Notes: generated by a model from the letters alone, not told the origin. Positions 21,545 to 29,915 are shown, numbered from the stretch's first letter. The stretch is DNA of 64,000 nt from Pontiella sp. (GCA_050306215.1 JBNLGU010000002.1:1438-65437); one strand, 5' to 3'. Numbers and translations: made by a program.

Positions 21545-21635
21545 TCTCTCTCTCCTGTTTGTTGCATCCTACAGCCGCGACTTTCCGGCCTCCCAACCAG
21601 AAAATAGGGCTAAACAAAACTAGGTGGCCCATATG

Positions 21636-21651
21636 TGCACGAGATGTGCCA
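21636..21651 (-). promoter_or_regulatory. Sigma54 (-24/-12) promoter for amt-PII copy 1
   Basis: Minus strand TGGCACATCTCGTGCA (GG-N10-GC) about 90 nt upstream of the start. Confidence 0.8.
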
Positions 21652-21807
21652 TAAATATATAGTACACAATAGGTAATGTATTATAAGCCGTTAAAGGCAG
21701 GAGGGTTGTGGGCAATGCGGCTAACAAATATGTAGCTTGATGGGCGATCATAAAACTACAAAAATGGAGGAAAAATTCGCGAAAAGATTCAAAAATGGCG
21801 TAAATGG

Positions 21808-21832
21808 AAAGGGCCGCCTAAGAGGCGGCCCT
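21808..21832 (-). terminator. Probable terminator after the second PII gene
   Basis: AGGGCCGCCT-AAG-AGGCGGCCCT hairpin with a short U run on the minus strand. Confidence 0.65.
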
Positions 21833-21854
21833 GCGACTTGATGGTTGGCAATGG

Positions 21855-22199
21855 CTAGATTGCCGAACCTCCACGTTCGCCATTGCTGATACGGATGCAC
21901 TCCTCCAACGGGGTGATGAAAATCTTGCCGTCGCCCACCTTTCCGTTTTCGCCGTGCATGGCGGCTTTCAAGATCGTATCGACGGTAATGTCGACGAATT
22001 CCTCGTTGACGCCAATCTTGATTTCGACCTTGGGGATCAAGTTGGGTACTACGACATGGCCGCGGTAGATTTCCTTGGTTTCCTGGCGGCCATGGCCGCA
22101 GACCCGGCTGACGGTAATGCGTTCGATTTCAGCCGCGATCAAGGCTTCGCGCACCTCGTCGAGCTTGTCTTCCTGAATAATGGCGGTGATCAGTTTCAT
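21855..22199 (-). CDS. glnK: PII nitrogen regulatory protein, copy 2
   Basis: GHGRQ, EIYRG, GKVGDGKIFI. Confidence 0.92.
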   Translation of the reverse strand: MKLITAIIQEDKLDEVREALIAAEIERITVSRVCGHGRQETKEIYRGHVVVPNLIPKVEIKIGVNEEFVDITVDTILKAAMHGENGKVGDGKIFITPLEECIRISNGERGGSAI

Positions 22200-22216
22200 G
22201 ATAAAAACCTCTGTGT

Positions 22217-23545
22217 TTACGAATTAAGGTTGAGCAGTCCATAGCCGTGCTCGGAGTGCAGGCTGTGGTCCATTCCGGCCCGTTCTGCGTCGTCCGCCAT
22301 GCGGAACCCGAAGAGCTTGTCGACCAGCACAACAATGATGAGGGTCATGACGGCGGAGTAGCCCACGCTGACGAGGCAGCCTTCCACCTGCGTCCAAAGC
22401 TGGTGCAATATGCTGCAGTCGATAGTGCCGGGGCGTAGCACAAAGGTCAGGGCGATGGCGCCGAACAGGCCGGCCATGCCATGGATGCCAAACACGTCGA
22501 GGGTGTCGTCGTAGCCGAGCTTGTTCTTCATTTCGATCGCCAGGTAGCAGACAACCGAGGCCACGAGTCCGAGGATCAATGCTCCCCAAGGCTGCACCGC
22601 GCCGGCGGCCGGAGTGATGGCGACCAGGCCTGCCAGTACACCGGATACAAAGCCCAGGGCGGTAACCTTCTTATACAGGATGCCTTCGAGCAGCATCCAG
22701 GATAGCGCGCCAGCAGCGGCGGCCACCTGCGTTACGGTCAGGGCCTGGGCGGTCAGTAGGCCGCTGTCGATGGAGGAACCGGCGTTGAAGCCGAACCAGC
22801 CCACCCACAGGAGGCCGGCACCCATGAGAGTCATCACGAGGTTGTTCGGATGCATGGCGGTTTTGGGGTAGCCACGGCGGGCACCAAGATACAATGCGCA
22901 AACGAGTGCCGCCACGCCGGAGGAAATGTGGATCACGGTGCCGCCGGCAAAGTCGATGGCGCCCTTGTGGAACAGGAAGCCGCCGGTGGCGGTGGTGCCG
23001 TCTGTGCCGGCGCACCAAACCCAATGGCAGAGCGGGTTGTAGACCAGCAGGCTCCAGAGAGCCGTAAAGATGAAGAAGCCGCGGAAGCGGACGCGCTCGG
23101 CAAATCCGCCGGCGATCAGCGCCGGGGTAATGATGGCAAACTTGCCTTGGAACATGGCGAACACATATTCCGGGATGCCCGCATCCATGATATTGGTGTC
23201 GATCCCTTTGAGCATGAAATAGTCGGAATTCCACCCGAACCATCCGCCCAGAACGTTATCGCCGAAGCACATGGCATAGCCGCACACCATCCAAAGCACA
23301 CCTACAACTGCCATGGCAGCAAAGCTGTGCATCATGGTACCGAGCACGTTCTTGGTGCGGACTAGGCCGCCGTAGAACATGGCCAGTCCCGGGATCATGA
23401 GTAGAACTAGGGCGGTAGAGGTTAGCATCCACGCCGTTGTGCCGGTATCGACTTCGGGGGATCCTTCTCCAGCGAATGCTGTGCCTGCAAAGCACAACAA
23501 GCCAACAAAGACAGCCGCGACGGCTGTCCATCTTGATTTATTCAT
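22217..23545 (-). CDS. amtB: Ammonium transporter AmtB, copy 2
   Basis: LMIPGLAMFYGGLVRTKN, DFAGGTVIH, GWFGFNAGS, DDTLDVFGIHG; start at ATG 23545 after AAGGAG. Confidence 0.96.
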   Translation of the reverse strand: MNKSRWTAVAAVFVGLLCFAGTAFAGEGSPEVDTGTTAWMLTSTALVLLMIPGLAMFYGGLVRTKNVLGTMMHSFAAMAVVGVLWMVCGYAMCFGDNVLGGWFGWNSDYFMLKGIDTNIMDAGIPEYVFAMFQGKFAIITPALIAGGFAERVRFRGFFIFTALWSLLVYNPLCHWVWCAGTDGTTATGGFLFHKGAIDFAGGTVIHISSGVAALVCALYLGARRGYPKTAMHPNNLVMTLMGAGLLWVGWFGFNAGSSIDSGLLTAQALTVTQVAAAAGALSWMLLEGILYKKVTALGFVSGVLAGLVAITPAAGAVQPWGALILGLVASVVCYLAIEMKNKLGYDDTLDVFGIHGMAGLFGAIALTFVLRPGTIDCSILHQLWTQVEGCLVSVGYSAVMTLIIVVLVDKLFGFRMADDAERAGMDHSLHSEHGYGLLNLNS

Positions 23546-23616
23546 CTCTCTCTCCTTTTGCTGCATCCTCCGGTTCCAAGGACGGAACCTAAATGCCTGA
23601 TTGCTAATGCGCATTT

Positions 23617-23632
23617 TGCAGGAGGTGTGCCA
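23617..23632 (-). promoter_or_regulatory. Sigma54 promoter for amt-PII copy 2
   Basis: Minus strand TGGCACACCTCCTGCA, 14/16 identical to the copy-1 promoter. Confidence 0.8.
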
Positions 23633-23868
23633 TTTAATCCATCGACAGCATAAAGAGTTTACAGCCAAGGGATAGAGAATAAAAATCGTCAAATTGATGT
23701 GGCTCCACAATGTGGATAAATCCGACAGATCTGTTTTGCCCATTACAAAATTGTCTGCGCGATATTGGTTTGATCAGTTTCCGTACCATGCCCGCCGGCA
23801 TCCATGCAATACCCAGCAGGGAAAGGCAATATGCCGCTAGGCGTAGGATGATCCGGTCTCGAATCCGC

Positions 23869-24966
23869 TTAATCATCCTGCCTCCTTCCGGTCTGGCGCA
23901 CCAACTCGGCGATGACGGCGCATTCGAGGCCGAAGGGGAGGTAGCCGGCGTAGCCGAGGATCGGCATTTCGAAGAGCTGGAAGCGGTGGACGTAGGGGAT
24001 GGTATAGATCCACTTGGCGAGGCTGTGGTCGTTCCACATCTCCCAGAAAAAACCGCAGATGAGTGCGGAGAGGGCAAAGCGGAAGACCCGGCGGAAATCC
24101 ATCTCCCGCATTTCCGGGAAAAAGGGCGGTTTATCCAGCAGGGTTTGAAGGGCCAAAAGCAAGAGGAGCGGGGCCACCCACAGCAACGGGAACAGGTAGT
24201 CCGGAAAGCGGCCGATGAAGAAAAGGCCGGCACTCGACAAAACCAGTACTGCCCATGCAAGCGCCTTGGGCTTCCGGCACCAAATGGCGCCATTGCCTTG
24301 TAGTCCGGCGGAGCAACGGGGGTGGCTTGCAAGCCACTCTTCGGTGGACAGAACGGCGGGCAGGACAGTAGAAAAAGAGAGGGTGGCGGTGATGAAATAC
24401 TGAAGCGGTGAAAAGTGCCCGCATTCGACATAGTACCAATTCTGCACGAAGCGGTTGAGGTATTCGAAAAACCACCAGAATGCGGCGCTGAGGACGAACA
24501 GTCGGAGGAAGACGCGGGCGTCGTGCGTCATTAGGCAGCGGCCGGTCCGGCGAAGGGTGAAGGCATTGACCGCGACAATATAGCAAATCCACAGGGGCGT
24601 GAAGGTGTAGAGCTGGAACGGCTCAAACCACGAAAAACGCGTCCAGGCCAGCACCCAGAATAAAAGTCCAAGCACGAGAGATAGCCAGCCCCATCGTGGG
24701 AAGGTAGAGGAGGATCGCCGATCTGTCCGCGGCGCGCTCGGCGGGCACGTCCTTCCAATTTGGAAAAGGAACGGCAGCATCACGCCGAGAATGACGAGGG
24801 CGAGGCCAATAAAGACCGGCCACGAAAACGGGGCGTGCGCGACATGCTGTGTGCGCGGCGGAAACTCGAGGTATATGGCGATGTCATGGCCGAAGATCCA
24901 CACCCCCGCAAGCGGGAGGCCGAGAAGCAGGAGTAGGAGAACGAGTATGTGGGCGGCGGACTTCAT
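23869..24966 (-). CDS. Hypothetical polytopic membrane protein
   Basis: About 9-10 TM segments; WWFFEYLNRFVQNWYY and FFWEMWN...KWIY...LFEMPILGY motifs. Confidence 0.8.
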   Translation of the reverse strand: MKSAAHILVLLLLLLGLPLAGVWIFGHDIAIYLEFPPRTQHVAHAPFSWPVFIGLALVILGVMLPFLFQIGRTCPPSAPRTDRRSSSTFPRWGWLSLVLGLLFWVLAWTRFSWFEPFQLYTFTPLWICYIVAVNAFTLRRTGRCLMTHDARVFLRLFVLSAAFWWFFEYLNRFVQNWYYVECGHFSPLQYFITATLSFSTVLPAVLSTEEWLASHPRCSAGLQGNGAIWCRKPKALAWAVLVLSSAGLFFIGRFPDYLFPLLWVAPLLLLLALQTLLDKPPFFPEMREMDFRRVFRFALSALICGFFWEMWNDHSLAKWIYTIPYVHRFQLFEMPILGYAGYLPFGLECAVIAELVRQTGRRQDD

Positions 24967-25130
24967 GGATGTATACTAGCAGGCTTTGGTTGGTTGTAAC
25001 AGCATGAGTCTGGTTCTTCATGCAGTGCGGATGTTTCGTGACTCCGGGCAACTTTTGACAGGACGGCCTCCAGTATGGGCATTTCCGCCGGATCGCCACT
25101 GCGGGGGTGTGATTTTTAGAAGAAAAACGG

Positions 25131-25158
25131 TTGATTCTCCGGCATTTATCGATATGTT
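25131..25158 (+). promoter_or_regulatory. Possible sigma70 promoter of tRNA-His
   Basis: TTGATT-16 nt-TATGTT, ending 17 nt before the tRNA. Confidence 0.4.
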
Positions 25159-25175
25159 CTTCGTCTCTTCCGGAT

Positions 25176-25253
25176 GGTGATTGTAGCTCAGTTGGTTAGA
25201 GCGCCTGGTTGTGGCCCAGGAGGTCGCGGGTTCAAATCCCGTCTTTCACCCCA
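25176..25253 (+). tRNA. tRNA-His (GTG) with encoded G-1 and CCA
   Basis: Cloverleaf: D stem GCTC/GAGC, anticodon arm CCTGG-TTGTGGC-CCAGG, T arm GCGGG-TTCAAAT-CCCGT, C73 discriminator, CCA. Confidence 0.97.
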
Positions 25254-25259
25254 ATTTTC

Positions 25260-25293
25260 AAAGGGCTGGAACTTTGCTTCCGGCCCTTTTTTT
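25260..25293 (+). terminator. Terminator after tRNA-His
   Basis: AAAGGGCTGGAA-CTTTGC-TTCCGGCCCTTT followed by a T run. Confidence 0.85.
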
Positions 25294-25517
25294 ATATTTC
25301 GCGACCTACTATTCAGCCTTTGTACGTATTAACTCTATGTTGCGATGTTTTTTGAGTTGTGCGAAGTTTTTTCAAATATACCCTGCATGGTTGACGTATC
25401 CATTGTGCCTGAGGCAAGGCGCGTGTTGCGATGGTGCATTATTCATAGGTTGTATTTTCACATGCGTGCCGATATGTTAATCATCGAGACTAGTGGAATG
25501 TGGTTAGGTGGAGGAAT

Positions 25518-27416
25518 ATGAAGAGGTCGCAGAAAGTAAACAAAGGTGCCCCGAGTGGCTTGGTCATCAGCTTGATCTTCCATGGAGTTGTATTTTTCCT
25601 GGCCGGTATTTTCGTAGTTTTCCAGGTGCTTCCCAAGGAGGAACCAGTTTTCGAACCGCCGCCGCCGGTGGAACGTCCGAAGATGAAACTCAAGAAGCCG
25701 AAGGTGAAGGTGCAGAAAAGCTCCACGCCCAAGCCGTCTTCGCGCATCGTGGCCAAAGTGAAAACTGCCAAGATGCCTGATATCCAGATTCCCGACCTCG
25801 TGGGCACGGGTACCGGCCTTCTTGCGGGCACGGGACTGGACGGCGACTTTCTGGATATGCCGGAGATCGGTGAAGGGGTAACCGTGCTGGGATCCACCAC
25901 GTCGATCGGCAACGATCTTGTTGGTACGTTTTATGACTTTAAACGAGGGCGCAATGGGAGTTGGAAAGGCGGATATAGCACTCAGGAGTATCTGCTAATC
26001 GTAAACAAGTTTATTAAGAACAATTGGAATGCATCTACTCTGTCGAAGTACTATAGGTCTCCGAAAAAGCTTTATGCCCAGTGTGTTGTGATTCCACCCA
26101 ATCGTTCCGACGTGGCACCGGCAGCATTTGATCCCGATCCGGACAATGCCGCCGGGGGTGCATGGATGGTACATTACAAGGGTAAGCTGGTGCACAAGGA
26201 CGGCATAACCTTCCGATTCGTATGCTCATCCGACTACTTCATCGTGATCCGGGTTGACGGGGAAATCGTGTGGGCTGGCGTGTGGAACACGCCTGAGCGC
26301 TATGAGGATTTCCAAACGCTGGTGGGTGGAATGTTCAATCCCATGTTGAGTACCCGCAAACAGTTTATGGGGAACGACCGCGCCATGGCGGGTGAATGGA
26401 TCACTCTGGAGCCGGGCGCGCCCAAGGACATCGACATCATCATTGGTGATGAAAACGGCGAGTGCGGTTTTGTCATCGCTGTGGAGGAAAAGGATGCGGA
26501 ATACGAGAATGGTCCCCAGGGGAAACCCATCCTGCCGATCTTCCGGACGGCGGTGCTGTCGCACGACATGGTCGACCAAATCTACCGGGGCTTGGGCGAT
26601 AGGCAGGTCTGCGTAACGAACGGGCCGGTATTCTGCGACTACGACGCACCCTCGGGGGGGCAGAATGTTGTCCGTAAGGAAAAATCCCAGGAAATAGCGC
26701 CCAAGGAAGGGCGGTCAATACGCACATGGTCGTTCAAGAACGGCCAAACCCTCGAGGCCGTATACGTAAAGACCATGTTCGACAAGTTGGTCCTGAAAGA
26801 TGCCGACGGTAAGGAGTTGACGTTCGAGCAAGCCGTAATGGATTTGTCGGATGAAGACAAGGAATACCTAGTGCTGGAAAACCCGCCGGCCATGAAGCTC
26901 GATTTCAGGAAATCGATCACGCGCAAGAATTTTTCCATGGTCCGCGGGGCGGAAGACCGCCCTCCGGAACAGCGGGCAAATTTTGGCGTGTTGATCAAGC
27001 AAGACGGCTCCGGGGACTATCCCTATCCGTTGACGGTGGATGTGCATGTCATCGGGAAGGAACTGAAGGGCAATCGGTATATCCTGCTGGACAGATTCTC
27101 TGCTCCGTTTCAGCTTAAGGAGCGCCACAAGAGCGAGTTTGAGTACTACAGTAAGCGGACGGTTCGGATGACAGACAATTGGCCGGACAGCACAAACTAT
27201 GACCGCTACGGCGAGCAGTATTTCGGGTTCCTGATCGTGGTCAAGGACAAACGCGGAAAGGTGATTGCCATGAATGGTTCCAATGGCTGGCTTGAGGATC
27301 ATTGGCGGACGTTGGAAGAGCGCTATGTTGGCAACTACATGGACGATACGGCCCAGCGCACCTATCCCACCCGGCCGCGAAGCTACATCGCAGCTCAGGC
27401 TTCGGGCCGTTTATAG
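25518..27416 (+). CDS. Membrane-anchored hypothetical protein: TonB-like TM, Pro/Lys linker, PA14-like globular domain, SHD1-like domain, C-terminal domain
   Basis: SLIFH TM motif, EPPPPVERPKMKLKKPK, RTWSFKNGQTLEA...LSDEDKEYL; GAGG RBS before ATG 25518. Confidence 0.75.
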   Translation: MKRSQKVNKGAPSGLVISLIFHGVVFFLAGIFVVFQVLPKEEPVFEPPPPVERPKMKLKKPKVKVQKSSTPKPSSRIVAKVKTAKMPDIQIPDLVGTGTGLLAGTGLDGDFLDMPEIGEGVTVLGSTTSIGNDLVGTFYDFKRGRNGSWKGGYSTQEYLLIVNKFIKNNWNASTLSKYYRSPKKLYAQCVVIPPNRSDVAPAAFDPDPDNAAGGAWMVHYKGKLVHKDGITFRFVCSSDYFIVIRVDGEIVWAGVWNTPERYEDFQTLVGGMFNPMLSTRKQFMGNDRAMAGEWITLEPGAPKDIDIIIGDENGECGFVIAVEEKDAEYENGPQGKPILPIFRTAVLSHDMVDQIYRGLGDRQVCVTNGPVFCDYDAPSGGQNVVRKEKSQEIAPKEGRSIRTWSFKNGQTLEAVYVKTMFDKLVLKDADGKELTFEQAVMDLSDEDKEYLVLENPPAMKLDFRKSITRKNFSMVRGAEDRPPEQRANFGVLIKQDGSGDYPYPLTVDVHVIGKELKGNRYILLDRFSAPFQLKERHKSEFEYYSKRTVRMTDNWPDSTNYDRYGEQYFGFLIVVKDKRGKVIAMNGSNGWLEDHWRTLEERYVGNYMDDTAQRTYPTRPRSYIAAQASGRL

Positions 27417-27596
27417 CTATCCGTCTGAGGTGCTCTCACATTGTCTGCCGGAGGGCCGCTCCGGTCGGGCATTCCGTGACTTGCGCTTTTCCGCTGCTGG
27501 TATTGGATTCCAAACCCGCAAAGAAAAACGACTCCTTGTGCGTATCCACCTTGAAGAGCGTTGATGCTCTTGAGCAAAGGGAAAGGTGGTGGCGTC

Positions 27597-28727
27597 ATGA
27601 TGCAGCAAGCCCAAACCAAATCGATGGCCAAGGGTGCGCCCAGCGGTTTTCTCATCAGTCTTCTGGTCCATGCCGCGTTGGTGTTTTTCGCCGGACTCAT
27701 TGTGGTTTGTACGATCATGCGCCCGGATAAGACGGTGTTCGTTGATCCGAAGGTTCCCGTACGGCCGGTTCTCGAGCCCAAAAAGGCGAAGCCCCGCATC
27801 TCCAAGGAAGCCAATCCCGAAGCATCGCCTCGAATTGTGGCGCATGTTAAGCCGGACACCCTGCCCGCCATCGCGATCCCGGACCTGACCGGGGCGGGGG
27901 ACAGCCTGATAGACGGCATCGTTAATGCGGTCACCTGCATTGATATTCCAGAGTTGGTACCACCCACGGGCTTTGGCGATTCGGTCCAGAAACTGGGCAA
28001 CGAACTGGAGGGGACGTTCTACGATTTCAAGCGCAACCGGGACGGCCAGTGGCGAGGCCTGCCCGACAAGTACACCTGGCTGGGGGCCATCAACCGGTTC
28101 ATCGAAAGCGGATGCCGCGATTCCGCTTTGTCGCGGTACTACCGGGCCCCGAAAAAACTGTATGCCTCCCACTTGGTTACGGGACCCACCTGGTCCTCTA
28201 TTGCTCCCAGCGCCTTTGATACGCAGGACAGTAGCGGGGGATTCTGGATGGTGCACTACCGGGGCCAGTTGGTGCACAAGGAGGGAATCACGTTCCGTTT
28301 TGTATGTTCGGCCGATTACTTCATCGTAATCCTGGTGGATGGCGAGGTGGTCTGGGCCGGCACATGGAACACCCCGGACCGCTATGAGGATTTTCTGGAG
28401 TTGATCGGAAGCCGCTACAACCCGCGGTTGGGCACCCGTGGCCACTTCATCAACAACGACCGTTGCATGAAAGGCGAGTGGATCACCCTTGAGCCGAAAG
28501 TGCCAAAAGACCTGGACATCATTATTGGGGACGAGGACGGGGAGTGTTGCTTCGCCATCGCGGTCGAGGAGAAGGGCGCGGAATACGAACGGAACAATCA
28601 AGGCGGCCCCATCTATCCCATTTTTAAAACCTCGGCGTTGACGAAGGATATGATCGACCAGATCTACCGCTCAACGGCAGCCGGGGAGTTCTGCGTTACC
28701 AACGGCCCCGTCTTTCAGGATTTTTAA
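27597..28727 (+). CDS. Shorter paralog of the preceding gene (no SHD1-like or C-terminal domain)
   Basis: Shared blocks GTFYDFKR, YYRxPKKLYA, WMVHYxGxLVHKxGITFRFVCSxDYFIVI, GEWITLEP, CVTNGPVF. Confidence 0.8.
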   Translation: MMQQAQTKSMAKGAPSGFLISLLVHAALVFFAGLIVVCTIMRPDKTVFVDPKVPVRPVLEPKKAKPRISKEANPEASPRIVAHVKPDTLPAIAIPDLTGAGDSLIDGIVNAVTCIDIPELVPPTGFGDSVQKLGNELEGTFYDFKRNRDGQWRGLPDKYTWLGAINRFIESGCRDSALSRYYRAPKKLYASHLVTGPTWSSIAPSAFDTQDSSGGFWMVHYRGQLVHKEGITFRFVCSADYFIVILVDGEVVWAGTWNTPDRYEDFLELIGSRYNPRLGTRGHFINNDRCMKGEWITLEPKVPKDLDIIIGDEDGECCFAIAVEEKGAEYERNNQGGPIYPIFKTSALTKDMIDQIYRSTAAGEFCVTNGPVFQDF

Positions 28728-28932
28728 ATATAATGCTTTCCGTCCCGGGGCGACTTGTGTCGCTTTGCCAACGCCTGTTTTCCCCAAAACAATGCCGGTG
28801 GAACCATCGCTTTTCAACGGGATGTCCGGTCGCTAAATAACCGGTTCCGTATGTTGGACTCGCAAGAAAAGGAAAACCCGTCGCAAGGCCCGATTCAACT
28901 TGTAAGAATTTTGTCCAGAGCAAAGAAAAACA

Positions 28933-28948
28933 TGGCAAAGTAGTTGCT
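28933..28948 (+). promoter_or_regulatory. Sigma54 promoter candidate
   Basis: TGGCAAAGTAGTTGCT (GG-N10-GC) about 70 nt upstream of ATG 29021. Confidence 0.65.
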
Positions 28949-29020
28949 ATATAGTGACTTATGATGACGCCGATGGCGTCTTGTCTGTGTATGAATGTTT
29001 TTCAGGGAGGTTCTTTGCTC

Positions 29021-29365
29021 ATGGATATTCGATCATTTTTCAGGGTAGGCATGGTTTTTGTTTTAATGTTTTCATCAGCGTATGCTTCAGGTCGGATCAG
29101 TGCCATTCTTGTTGGTTCCGCTTCGGTTCGCCTTACGGTGGAAACCACGTCAGGCGCCAGCTATACCGTTCAGTGCTCCACCAATCTGCAACAAGGAGCA
29201 TGGATGGACCTGGAGGAGTTCACGGCTGTCTCCAACCAGACGGTCAAGGTATATGATGAACATGCTCTCAGTTGTTGTTTCCGTGTCATCAGGCAGCAAG
29301 ATAACAGAAGTAGCAGTGAACCGCCGCCTCCGGATGAACCACCACCGCCGCCCCCTCCATTCTGA
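29021..29365 (+). CDS. Small secreted protein with YxVQxSTNLxxxxW...FRV module and poly-proline tail
   Basis: GGGAGG RBS, signal peptide ending SAYA, tail EPPPPDEPPPPPPPF. Confidence 0.7.
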   Translation: MDIRSFFRVGMVFVLMFSSAYASGRISAILVGSASVRLTVETTSGASYTVQCSTNLQQGAWMDLEEFTAVSNQTVKVYDEHALSCCFRVIRQQDNRSSSEPPPPDEPPPPPPPF

Positions 29366-29465
29366 TTCCGCTAGCGTGTAGCCGTTCGTGTCCCCCGCAG
29401 GTCCGGCGGGGTCTCGGACTCCGACATTCACATGAAGTGTCGGCCACAACAGTTCTTAAAAGACT

Positions 29466-29915
29466 CTAGTCCGCATGTTTCCGCGGCCGGCGCTGATCGG
29501 TCCGCAGTCCTCCAACCACGTCCGCTGAAATATCGAGATCGATGTGCAGCGGGGGTTCGTGGATGATGTGCATCTCGTCGAACTTCAATGCCGGAGACTC
29601 TGTCGATGTATCTGCGTATTCGGTTAGGAACGTGATGTGGAAATTGGGCCGGAGCTGTTCCGCCTTTCGGAGCGCGTTTGTCACATCGATCTGTACCGTG
29701 CGGTCCTCGGAAAGATCCTCCGGCACGGTGAATGATCCGGCATAGTTGGCGCTTTGAATCAAATCTGCGATGCGATCACCCTGCACTTCATCGAGAAACA
29801 CGTGTGAGATTGCCGTTCCGTCGGGGCATTTGATTCCGCTAATTTCGAGAATTGCTTGCAGGTCCGTGTCGGGAGCGAGGTATTCCATGGGGCCGTATAC
29901 GGTTTTATCAATCAT
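29466..29915 (-). CDS. Hypothetical protein
   Basis: 149-aa ORF with AGGAGGA RBS; LEISGI...VFL...YAGSF...DVTNAL pattern. Confidence 0.7.
   Translation of the reverse strand: MIDKTVYGPMEYLAPDTDLQAILEISGIKCPDGTAISHVFLDEVQGDRIADLIQSANYAGSFTVPEDLSEDRTVQIDVTNALRKAEQLRPNFHITFLTEYADTSTESPALKFDEMHIIHEPPLHIDLDISADVVGGLRTDQRRPRKHAD

Noticed and set aside
23634-23876. Short minus-strand ORF (MIKRIRDRIIL...) after the membrane protein
   Set aside because: It runs across the amt promoter/enhancer region and has no recognisable motif; cannot be supported
25518-28727. Diversity-generating retroelement TR/VR pair between the paralogs
   Set aside because: Differences are mostly synonymous third-position changes, not adenine-specific, and there is no reverse transcriptase
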